Below are positions 27,868-39,619 of a stretch of DNA of 64,000 bases, piece after piece (positions within the stretch are counted from its first letter, which is position 1; each line of letters opens with the position of its first letter). The notes under the pieces are model-generated. The model did not search any database and was not told the DNA's origin. It saw nothing but the letters and a program-made list of their open reading frames with translations. The stretch spans positions 1 through 64,000 of the forward strand of contig CAXHJY010000028.1 in assembly GCA_964016885.1 (NCBI GenBank), written 5' to 3'. Source of the DNA: Eledone cirrhosa. Lineage: Eukaryota. The position numbers and the translations under genes are program-made.

Positions 27868-28195
27868 GGAGGTGGATTGGCAGTATCGGTAGAGGGTCGG
27901 ACGCCATGCTTTGACGCATAGAGTTACGGCCCTTGCCATTCTGAGTTCAAATCCCGCCGAGGTTAACTTTGCCTTTCATCCTTACAGGGTCGATAAAATA
28001 AAGTACCAGTAATGCACTGGGTAATTACTGGCCTTGTGCCAAAAGTAGAAACAATTATTTATTCAACTTATGAGTTCAAATCCCGCCGAGGTTAACTTTG
28101 CCTTTCATCCTTACAGGGTCGATAAAATAAAGTACCAGTAATGTACTGGGTAATTGCTGGCCTTGTGCCTAAAGTAGAAACAATTATTTATTCAA
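27868..28195 (+). mobile_element. tRNA-derived SINE with Nin/Deu-like central domain (here with tandem 3' duplication); copies at about 2108, 4494, 13006, 15913, 19895, 25430, 29251, 33793, 36771, 37009, 51036, 51529(-), 52297
   Basis: A box tggcagtatcggtagag, B box gagttcaaatccc, central ttaactttgcctttcatccttacggggtcgataaaataaagtaccag, and (att)n tail. Confidence 0.9.
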
Positions 28196-29471
28196 CTTAT
28201 TTTACTAAGGAGATAAAAAATTATAAACCGTACACAGTCCCGCGCTCCTTACTTATAGTTTAGATTTGGTGAGGGTTATGTTATATTATTGCCAGAAATA
28301 TATAATAAAACACACTCACTGTTTGGTTTGGGTTCGTTTTCAACACATGATTTCATATCAAAGACCTTGCAAAACAAATTCATCGCCATCACTTATAATA
28401 ATTGCTGTTGTAAAGTTCAAAATATTACATTTTTCTAATTCATTATATAACACATTCTGATTTAGTTCAGAGAACATATGTAAAGACATGTGGACATGTA
28501 GTTAGTGTTAGTGTCACAAACATAATATTGAGGGTGCAATTTCTTGACTAAGTAGTGCACTCTGTTCTTGAGCAAGGTACTTCATTTCACTTTGTTTTTC
28601 ATGAAAGGACTGGAGACCCCAGCATTAACCCTTCAGCATTTAAACCAGCCATATCCGGCCAGAATTCTCTCACCTCTTTCTGTTCAAACCAGCTGTAACT
28701 AGCTACTCATACTGATGTTAAGCTATTGATCTCAAAATAAACAATATCAAAATCTCATAGATTCAATGTTATGTGAGATAAATATGTGAGATAAAGTGTT
28801 TACTGTGAAAATATAATAGTAAATATAGAGTAATGTAAATGCTAAAAGGTTAAAATGGTTGAGAAACTTTCTATGAGATGCAATCGTATAACATTTTGAA
28901 TTGTAATCATAATTAGGATTCACATTAGTTTTGATAGCTATTTCTTTTCATTTCTGGATTATATGTAAATATTTAAATATTACGAAATTCAACAATCATA
29001 AGCTCTTACAGTTACAGAGTCAACACTTCCAGAATATTTAAAATAAATTCTAGGAAAGGATAAAATGAACATTTATATCAACATATATTGAGATATTTAG
29101 TATGTTGTTATAATATGTCTTCTATGTAGAGAACTTAACATTGAGAATTTTAGTCTCCACATTTACATGTAAATATTTTTCAATGAAGAAATATTTTAAA
29201 GTTTATATAAACTTACTTATTTATAAGTACATAAACACAGACATATACAGGGCAGTATCGGTAGAGGGTCGGACGCCATGCTTGCCAGCATAGTTACGTC
29301 CCTTTACGATCTGAGTTCAAATCCCGCCAAGGTTGACTTTGCCTTTCATCCTTACGGGGTCGATAAAATAAAGTACCAGTAATGCACTGGGTAATTGCTG
29401 GCCTTGTGCCTAAAGTAGAAACAATTATTTATTTTATATATATATATCGTTAAATGATGATGATGATGATG

Positions 29472-29504
<33 letters not shown>

Positions 29505-29612
29505 TCTCTCTCTATATATATATATTATATAAATAAAATTAGAATTTTATTTCTTGCCCTAGCACAGTTGATACATAAATGTAAGTATGCACATGTACAC
29601 TCATATATATAT

Positions 29613-29647
<35 letters not shown>

Positions 29648-29736
29648 CACACATGCATATATACACACACACATGTATGTATGGGTTATATCAAACATTA
29701 CATTATTCTTAATGTTTGATATAACCCATACATACA

Positions 29737-29793
<57 letters not shown>

Positions 29794-29828
29794 ATATACA
29801 TACATATGTGTGTGTATATATGTGTATG

Positions 29829-29861
<33 letters not shown>

Positions 29862-30304
29862 ATATACATACATATGTGTGTGTATATATGTGTATGTATA
29901 TATATATATATATATATATATAAAGTGTGTATATACATACATACATATGTGTGTGTATATATATATATGTGTGTGTATATACATATATATGTGTGTACAT
30001 GTGCATACTTACATTTATATATATATATATGTGTGTGTGTGTATGCGTGTGTAGGTAGGTAGATAAATATAAGTACCCTTAGTAGTGTACAGAATAATAT
30101 ATTAATAAAGTATATTGTCAGAAGAAATAATAAAATGGTGTTTATCATTTGTAATAAGCAGCGTTTTATTACATCTTCTGAAAATTATACTTTATTAATA
30201 TGTGTGTGTGTTTAAAATATATATGCATAAATATCTGTATATATATATATATATAAAGAAAAGAAATGTATATATGTACATTCATATATATATACATACA
30301 TATA

Positions 30305-30361
<57 letters not shown>

Positions 30362-30719
30362 TTTTATATATATACATACACACATGCACAGAATAACTTA
30401 CATGCACATATATGAATTCATTGACCTCTAAATGCATAAATCTACACATGCACACATGTTTATGTATGTACATCTACATATGCATGCACATATGCATGCT
30501 TATTATAAACATTTATTCCTACATATATATGTTTTGCTTCTGGCATCTTGTGGCTTATGGACATTTTTGTAATTAGGTTTTGGTAAATGGGGAAATGTTT
30601 GGCTGCCTGATATTGGCTCACAGGCAATTATAGACAGCAAATGTTTGAATGTGTATACATAAACTCAATGTAGGTCTTGTGTATTTCACTAGTGTGTGTG
30701 TGTGTCTATACACATACAC

Positions 30720-31115
30720 AGAAACAGAGAGAAGGATCAAGATGTTTAAGGACAAATGTATGAGAAAACTCTTTTGTATTTCCTATTGGGAATTTAAAAC
30801 CAATGAATACATGCAGAGTAAAGTTAAAAGTTTTGTCACCAGGAACCTCTCCTTGCCACTGTCAAGAGGAGGAAACTGGTGTGGTTTGGCTATGTCACAT
30901 GACAGTCTGTGGAAGACCATAATGCAAGACAGCATTGAGGGTGGACACAAGAAGGGACGCCAATGCACTAACTGGTTGGGCAATGTCAAAGAATGGATGC
31001 AAATGGTGACACCAGATTTGTTGACGGCTGCTGTTGATAGACTATTTCTAGTGTGTACTGCTTCTGCAGTAGGATCTCCCCAACAACTACAGAAGTCAAG
31101 GGACTGATGATGATT
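30720..31115 (+). mobile_element. Decayed RTE/BovB-like LINE 3' end
   Basis: FKDKCMRKLFCISYWEFKTNE...KTIMQDSIEGG.KKGRQ..W..NVKEW then tgatga. Confidence 0.75.
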
Positions 31116-32707
31116 CATAGAAACACACATGGCCATCTGAAAGAGATGAATGTGTGTGTGAAAGGGAGATGAAGAGAGTGACAGAGAAGTGGAATGAGAC
31201 AAAGAATGAAAGGAAGAGTTGAAAAAAGACTGAGGTGGAAAAAATAAATTGACAGTGTTTAACTCTTTAGCATTTAAACTGGCCATGTCCAGCTTGTATT
31301 CTCTCACCTTTTTCTGTTCAAACTGGCTGTAACTGGCTGCTCATACTGATGTTAAGGTATTTTTCTCAAAATAAATAACATCAAAATCTTGTAGATTCGA
31401 TATGTGAGATAATTATGCAGGGTAAAGCCTTTACCACAAAAATACTATAGTATATATAGATTAATGTAAATTCTAAAGGGTTAAACATCTTAAAATAATA
31501 CCAGAATTTAGTGTTTTTTAGCACTCAGTCCTGCATTTCTTCTTTCTCCTGCTCTAACTCCATTACAACTCACAGTTTTTCTCCTTTCCTTTTCTTGACT
31601 CCTTGCTATTTTATTCCAAGGAGTCCTTTTATTTGAGATTTTTTCTTCATAGATTATTCTAGGATGCATTTAGACCCCTGTGTCAAAATTTGTGAAGATT
31701 AATTGAGAAATGGTGACATTGTTTCAAAACAAACAAACAAACTTTCCCTAGAAGAAGAGAGAGTGGAAGCAGGAGGTTGTCAAACAAGAAATAGAGAGTG
31801 GGTGAATGACAGAAGAAGATATAAAATGAAAGTGATGGAAGGATAAGAAGTTTATGTCATGCTAACTTGTTAGTTCAAAAGTAGAAGATTCTTCATTTTT
31901 CTGTCTACTTTTTCATGCTGACATGAGTAGGACAGTAGAGGCAAAACGAAAGTGAGCAGAAAGATGAGGTCTTTATTAAAATAACTGGAGGGTAAAACGG
32001 GGAAAGAGTGAGAGTGAGAGAATTAAAATGTAAGTGGTGGGAGTAATATGTATTAGATCAATTAGAGTGTCGGGTATCATTGATGCAGTTGTAGAGTAAT
32101 TTATATATAAGATTCTATCAGAACCACATAAACCATCTCCTTTATAAATATATATATATGAGCCCTATTATTGGCTGACTGGTTGTTGTACAAGTAATGG
32201 GGTCTACAAAGTCTTGTAATCTCACGTGACAGTGACTTCTTTATTTGAAATTTCTCTAGCAGGGATGTTGGTGACAACTATGATTTTGCAATCCTCAAGA
32301 ATTCTGATGGAACACCGAGCAACTTTCATATGAACTTACTAGCATGCTTTTCCCTTTTTTTCCATCTTGATAACTGTATTATATGCACTTGAAATGGCAA
32401 TAATAATCTCGACATACCACACCTTGAATTTCAATATCATATCACCATTGAAAATGACAGTTAGTCACTGTTTCAATTTGGCCTTTTTCTCTCAACACTA
32501 CTCTTGGTAACATTTAAAGCACCATGTAGATATATCCAAAGCCTTGCTTTCTGTTATGATCTGCCCTCCTACAATTTGAACCTGAATTTCTTAGCCTATC
32601 ACTAAATCATAAACAAACTGTGACTGTGTTTGACTTTAGGTATGGGGGTCAACATTATTGAAATATCCTGGGCTACTCTTGTTTTCATTACAGTTATATA
32701 TATATAT

Positions 32708-33050
32708 ATCATCATCATCATTTCATTTTACGTCCGCTTTTTCCCTGCTTGCAAGGGTGGGACGGGAACTGATTCTGGCTTGATTTCTACAGCTGGATGC
32801 CCTTCCTAACACCAACCTCATTTACAGTGAGTGCTGGGTGCTTTTTTGCCGTGGCACCTCCACGACCACTTTGCAGTGGAATGATAGGGACCCCAGTCCC
32901 TATCATCTCATTACTACAGCTGAGTAAACTGGAATAATGTGAAATAAAGTGTCTTGCTCAAGGAAACAACACATCACCCGGTCTGAGAATTGAACTCACA
33001 ACCTTTTGATTGCAAGGCCAATGCTCTAACCACTAAGCTATGTGCCTCCA
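32708..33050 (-). mobile_element. tRNA-headed CORE-like SINE with RTE 3' tail; near-identical copies at 728-1091(-), 37849-38200(-), partial 13700-13963(+)
   Basis: Minus strand ggaggcacatagcttagtggttagagc...gagttcaattc...ccttgagcaagacactttatttcac...ggtgttaggaagggcatccagc...(atg)n. Confidence 0.88.
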
Positions 33051-35567
33051 TATATATATATAAATGTGTGTGTGTTCCCATGACATTTATTTTCATAGAA
33101 TGCATACAAATAAACACAATATATATATAAAGAAAAAGCAGGAAAGAAAACATGGGAGAAGATGCACACATTCAATCACAAGCTATAACAAAGGGTGCTG
33201 ATGTTTTCCTCTAATAATTTCTTAGGCAAGCCAATATGTTCATAGCATTGCCACAGTTGATAGTGAGGCTAAGATGCAGGAATAACCAAGCACCCTTGCA
33301 ATCATCACCTAGTAAAGTATATCACCAGCAATGACAAGAACCTCATTGTCAGTGGCCCAGCTCCTCTTAATATCTTGAACTCCATAGGCTAAAAAAATAG
33401 GAAATTATTCTTAAAAGTTTGTAATTGTAGCAGTATATGACTTTACTGATTTTGATTCTTTGCAAGTAGCTTCTTGCATCTCTCAATAATGACCCCATAG
33501 CTATCATGAAAAGGAATTGTAAATGGGAGAGCCTGTATGGGAGAGCCTGTATGGTGCTCATCTCCAGTGTTTGTTTGCTGGTTGTGAATTTCTTGCTGAT
33601 TAAAAACTGTTACATATCCTGTTATTCAAAAAATCTAATCCCTTTTTAGTATGTTAAATGAATTCCCAGAAATGATGTATTTATTAAGTGTTTAGGAAGA
33701 CAGGGAACCTTGATATACTTAAACAAATATCTTAGCTTTTTCATTGAGGGATACTGGATAGAACTGGCTAAATGATGACACAGTCTCATTATGGTGGATT
33801 GGCAGAATCGGACCATAAGACCATGCTTTGCAACATGGAGTTGTGGCCCTTTACGTTCTGGGTTAAAATCCCACCGAGGTTAGCTTTGCCTTTCATCCTT
33901 ACGGGGTTGATAGAATAAAGCACCAGTAATGCACTGGGGTAATTGCTGACCTTGTGCCCAAAGTAGAAACAATTATTAGATATTTGCAAACTTTCTGACA
34001 AGCACCAGCCCTGTATTGCACTTCTTTCTTTCTGTTCACTTTATCACACACACATTATATGCATAAAATTTTATTTTATTGTGGATAAAACCCAACCATC
34101 ATTTTTATATGTTAGTCCTGTTAGTAGATTTGTAATAAATTTTATTATTTTATTCATTTGGTAGTATCACTTTTTTATGCTCAGGATTAGAAAGAAAATA
34201 TATGATATAACTTACATGCCTTAATTGTACTATAACTCTACAACACTAAAAATTGGTTGGTTGTTATTTAGTTTAGTTGACATCTGATATCTTCAATATT
34301 TTGTATATTTTCTTTCTTTTTTCATTGAGTATGTGTTGTTTATAATTAAGAATTAAATTTAAGGAGAATGAAATTTTTAAAAAATTCTTATTGTTAAGGC
34401 TATTATTTTTTTAAAGAACAGAGTGTAAATATTTCATTTTATAAACGTATCTTAATTCGATAAATGTCCATATTAATATTTAATGCAGGAAATATGTGTG
34501 TTTGTTGTTGGAATGCTGTTAAGTTGAATTTAAAATAATTGATTTTGAAAAGTCTGGTATAGCTTTTTGCTTCTATCTCTCTTATCTCATTTATGTTTAT
34601 GCATGAATTTATAAAATTGCCTTTATTTGTCAGGATTTCTTTTGTGATTATTGCCATTGAAGGGTTAAATTACTTTTCTATTTCTTTTTGTATTTTTCAC
34701 CATTTTATACTTATCTTAGGCTTTTCACATTTCATCTTTCAAAACAACTATGAGCATGCTTGTTCTTCCTAGGAATATTTAAAAGGAACTTCATTGCATT
34801 TTGGGATACTTTGACGACTCTTTTTAATGTTACTGTTTTGCTATCTTTTGAGAAGAATGGAACATTATCAAATCAATATTTCATGTTTCTTTATATTCTT
34901 TGTGAATTTTATTTGAAATAATTTGTTGTCTTCTCTCTTCAACCTCTATTTTTTGGCTTCTTATATCTCTAATATTTCAAGTACTTTCTTACTGCATTCT
35001 AAAATATTTTATTTAGTGAATGTTTAGAGCATAAAATTGAAGGTAATAATTTTACCAGATAATATTCCTTAGATGATGTACTTTAAAAGAATTTATTATT
35101 TTTAAAACACAGGTACCTAACATCCATGAAGAATAATGAAGTGTTTATTCATTGAACATACCTTTCTTATCAGTTACATAATTTCAACATTATTTTCAGA
35201 TATCTAATGATTTTATATATATATAAATCTTGTATTATTGCATTTTAATGGTTTAAAAAATTCTGATTATTTAAAGAAATGTAGTATCTAGTACTAGAGC
35301 TAAAGGTATTGTCACAAATATCTGAATTAGCAGTATATACATATATTTATTTATTGTTATTATTTTTTGCACCTCTCAATTTCACCTTCAATTCTTTATC
35401 TGTTACTACACACCAAACCATACACCCACATGCATGCATAAAATATGTATTTGTCAATTTGTACCTTAAGTTTTCCATGTAAGTGTAGTTGTCAAACTAA
35501 CCCTACAAACTTGTTAAATCAAATCTTTATTGACCGAGTTATTAGTTATATTATACAATTACATTTT

Positions 35568-35634
<67 letters not shown>

Positions 35635-35693
35635 CATACATGTATATGTATATATATATATATTATTTTTTTATATGTATATATATATATGTC

Positions 35694-35775
35694 TACAGGG
35701 TGTCCCCCTAAAATGTATACACACTTCAACAGCAGTCTAATAAATATGTGTATACATTTTGGGGGACACCCTGTA
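35694..35775. mobile_element. Tiny Tc1/mariner-type MITE
   Basis: TA-CAGGGTGTCCCCC.AAAATGTATACAC...GTGTATACATTTTGGGGGACACCCTG-TA. Confidence 0.8.
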
Positions 35776-36174
35776 TATATATATATATATACATACAGTA
35801 TAATTAAAATTTCATACACTTAACATGTATGCGTGACCTTAAGTTCGGAGTCCAGGTATGGCCACCACTATATAGTAGAGGAGCTGTTTCAATGCTGTCC
35901 TCTCTTTATAAATTTATTAATATTATAGAGAATAACTTATATTCTTTTGGTTTAGCCTCTAAAATTACTATAAGCAGTATTATTATACCATTTATACCAC
36001 TTTATAGACTAATTACATATCTATGTTTCTGAAATGAATAGAAAATATATTTCTGCTGCATTATACTTGTATAAATGACAACAATGAATGTTTGTTTTTC
36101 ACTAAAATTAAATGAGATAAATAGAAATATCAATCTTATTTCATTAGCTTACTATATAAAATATATAAAGATTC

Positions 36175-36470
36175 ATTATAAGAACCTTTAATTTTTATTA
36201 TAAGAACCTTTAAATGAAAATTCCCTAATTATTACATTAAAAAATCAATATTTTTTCATTAATTTACTATAAAAAATACGTTAAGATTTTTCATAAGAAC
36301 CTTTAATTTTTATTATAAGAACCTTTAAATGAAAATTCCCTAATTATTACATAAAAAAATCAATATTTTTTCATTAATTTACTATAAAAAATGTTAAAAT
36401 TTTTCATAAGAACCTTTAATTTTTATCATAAGAACATTTAAATGAAAATTTCCTAATCATGACATAAAAA
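36175..36470. repeat. AT-rich tandem repeat of about 114 bp, about 2.6 copies
   Basis: ataagaacctttaatttttattataagaacctttaaatgaaaattccctaatt recurs at about 36178, 36293 and 36406. Confidence 0.85.
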
Positions 36471-37245
36471 TCCATAAAACGATATAAATACCAGTTAGAT
36501 TTGTTAGTTATGTAATTATAAAAGGCAAAAAAAAAAATTAATAAAACTAATTCAATTTAAAGTTTCTGATATGACTCTTCTCAAAATTGGAGATTTTAAT
36601 TATAAATGAATTTCATAATAAAATCAAAGTATTAAAAAAGTACTTTGTCATGAAATCTTAGATTAAATTCACTTTCATAAAATGGAAATAAAATTTTTTA
36701 CTAAAATCTATTTTTTAATCAAATTCTATCATCTCTGAAATTATGAGTTTATTGTTATTATTATGAAATATGGTGGATTGCCAGTATCGGTAGAGCGTCG
36801 GACAAAATGCTTCATGGCATAGAGTTACGGCCCTTTACGTTCTGAGTTCAAATCCCGCCAAGGTTACCTTTGCCTTTCATCCTTAAGGGGTCGATAAAAT
36901 AAAGTACCAGTAATACACTGGGGTCGATTTAATCGACTTTCCCCTCCCCTTCAAATTACTGGCTTTGTGCCTAAAGTAGAAACTATTATTATGATTATTA
37001 TTATTATTTGGCAGAATTGTTAAAGTGTTGGACAAAATGCCTTGCGGTATTTAGTTACAGCCCTTGACATTCTGAATTCAAATTTTGCAACGGTCAACTT
37101 TGCCTTTCATCTCTTTGGAGTTGATAAAATAAAGTACCAGTCAAACACTGGGGTCAGTTTAGTCAATTTTCCCTTCTCCCTAAAATTACCAGCCTTGTAC
37201 CTGAATTAGAAACCATTATTAATGTCGTTGTTGTTGTTGTTGATG

Positions 37246-37280
<35 letters not shown>

Positions 37281-37683
37281 GAGTATCTCTAAATATTGCA
37301 TATTCTTTTTCATTTTTTTCTTCTGTAATTTAAGGAAGATAAAAACAAATATATTATATTTAATTTACATTATTGATATTTTAAAATTTAATACTTTGTA
37401 AATGAAATAAATAATTTAGTGTCAATAATAAAAAAAAATAGATTGTATTAATTTCAATACCTTTTATATAATATGCCTTTATATATGATTTCAGAATTTG
37501 ACACTAAAATTGTAGTTTGTTATTCAGTAACTTACTTTAAAGTCTGTAAATTCAACAACCTTTCGTTATTTATAAATTATCTTTTTCTAAATTATAATCT
37601 TTAATATTTTTGTTGTTGTTGTTGCTGCTGTTATTTTTTTCTAAACTTGTTTTCTAATATCCTGAATATTATTGCCATTTTAG

Positions 37684-37840
37684 GCATTCGCTTGGTTCAG
37701 TGACTTGCTGGTTGAACATACAGAATTATTCTGGTCACTTTTTGCTGTAGACATGGATGCAGCTTTAGAAATGCAAGCACCAGATACCTGGGACAGTTTC
37801 CCTCTGTTCCAGCTGTTGAATGATTACTTAAGAAATGACG
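37684..37840 (+). CDS. CADPS: Internal coding exon of CAPS/CADPS (UNC-31) calcium-dependent secretion activator
   Basis: Acceptor ...ccattttag and donor gtaggt. Translates [52 protein letters not shown], matching the recalled vertebrate CADPS segment [50 protein letters not shown]. 157 nt, phase 0 to phase 1. Confidence 0.95.
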
Positions 37841-38170
37841 GTAGGTCCATATCATTTCATCATTTTCATTTCATTTTACGTCCGCTTTTTCCCCTGCTTG
37901 CAAGGGTGGGACGGGAACTGATTCTGGCTTGATTTCTACAGCTGGATGCTCTTCCTAACACCAACCTCATTTACAGTGAGTGCTGGGTGCTTTTTTGCCG
38001 CGGCACCACCACGACCACTTTACAGTGGAATGATAGGGACCCCAGTCCCTATCATCTCATTTCTACAGCTGAGTAAACTGGAGCAATGTGAAATAAAGTG
38101 TCTTGCTCAAGGAAACAACACATCACCTGGTCTGAGAATTAAACTCACAACCTTTCGATTGCAAAGCCAA

Positions 38171-38468
38171 TGCTCTAACCACTAAGCCATGTGCCTCCAC
38201 TGCTCTAACCACTAAGCCATGTGCCTCCACTGCTCTAACCACTAAGCCATGTGCCCCCACTGCTCTAACCACTAAGCCATGTGCCTCCACTGCTCTAACC
38301 ACTAAGCCATGTGCCTCCACTGCTCTAACCACTAAGCCATGTGCCCCACTGCTCTAACCACTAAGCCATGTGCCTCCACTGCTCTAACCACTAAGCCATG
38401 TGCCTCCACTGCTCTAACCACTAAGCCATGTGCCTCCACTGCTCTAACCACTAAGCCATGTGCCTCCA
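38171..38468. repeat. 30-bp tandem array (10 copies) of a SINE tRNA-head A-box segment
   Basis: Unit tgctctaaccactaagccatgtgcctccac, the reverse complement of the SINE 5' end GGAGGCACATGGCTTAGTGGTTAGAGCA. Confidence 0.95.
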
Positions 38469-38796
38469 CATATGTATTTACTAATGTAGCATTCTCTTAT
38501 TTACTAATATTCCACTATAGTTAATATTTGATTAATTTTTTTTCTTTTGTTCTTTTACTGGTTTCAATCATCAGACAACAGCTATGCTGGGGCAACCCCT
38601 TAAAGGGATGAAGTCAATCATATTGACCCCCTTATTTATTTTAAGCCAGGAACTTTTTGTTGAAATGCCAAGTTAAGCCACATAACCACAGACACAAATG
38701 TAAAGACACACACACACATATATTTTTCTCTAAAAAATATATTTCTGATTTCACCTTGCTCATCCCCTCAATCTTTCTAATTTCTCCTTCGTTATG

Positions 38797-38825
38797 CTGA
38801 TGAAGGACTAGCGTCTGAAACGTTA
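38797..38825 (+). ncRNA. Hammerhead core motif (minimal type I, stem I imperfect)
   Basis: CUGAUGA-a-GGAC uagc GUCU-GAAACGUUA; related copy on the minus strand at 1383-1411. Confidence 0.65.
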
Positions 38826-38916
38826 ACACCCTCTTCCTGCTATTTCAAGCATTAAACTAATATATTCCTTCCATATACTGTACCGTTTGTGTTGTTATTT
38901 CTGTTTTTACACACAC

Positions 38917-39015
<99 letters not shown>

Positions 39016-39619
39016 CACACACATGATTGGCTTTTTTCCTTAACCACACAGCCGTGTCTGTGCCTAAATCAGTAACTTCCTTTTTACTGTTTAGTCAAGG
39101 AGGGGGGTACAGTGTCCATGACTCTTCCCAGAAACTCTGAGACTCATTGGAAATGGAGAGGAATGAAGATATTTACCAATTTTAGTCTAGGCCTAAATGC
39201 AGATAACAGAGTGGAATATATTCAATAAAATTAAGTTTTTTGACATCAGATAACATTGTCTGATGGGATGATAAAAGTTCAGTGAGCTACCACCTCTGTT
39301 GACAAAAGGCTTGAATGTATGAATTAAAAGCTGGCTATAAGATGCCTGCATGTGATGTGCAATGTTGCATATTAGTGTGACATGGGTAGAGAATGCAGAA
39401 GATATTTAAAGGCTCAAGATAAATGAAATAAGAATGCTTTGATGGATGTGCAATGTTAATGTGCATGATCAACAAAGCATGGATGAGCTGAGAGACCAAC
39501 TGGGTATAAGAGAAATCAGATGTTGTGTACAAGAGAGAAGGCTGCACTAGTATGGGCGTGTGATGCATATGAACGATGATAATTGGGTAAAAGAGTACCA
39601 GGAAGAAGTTGCAGTAGAG

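Noticed and set aside
27868-27960. tRNA genes
   Set aside because: The A/B boxes belong to SINE heads continuing into SINE bodies; no full cloverleaf.
37705-37932. ORF-track 75-aa protein as a complete gene
   Set aside because: Only the part up to 37840 is CAPS exon; the rest reads through the donor into a SINE tail.
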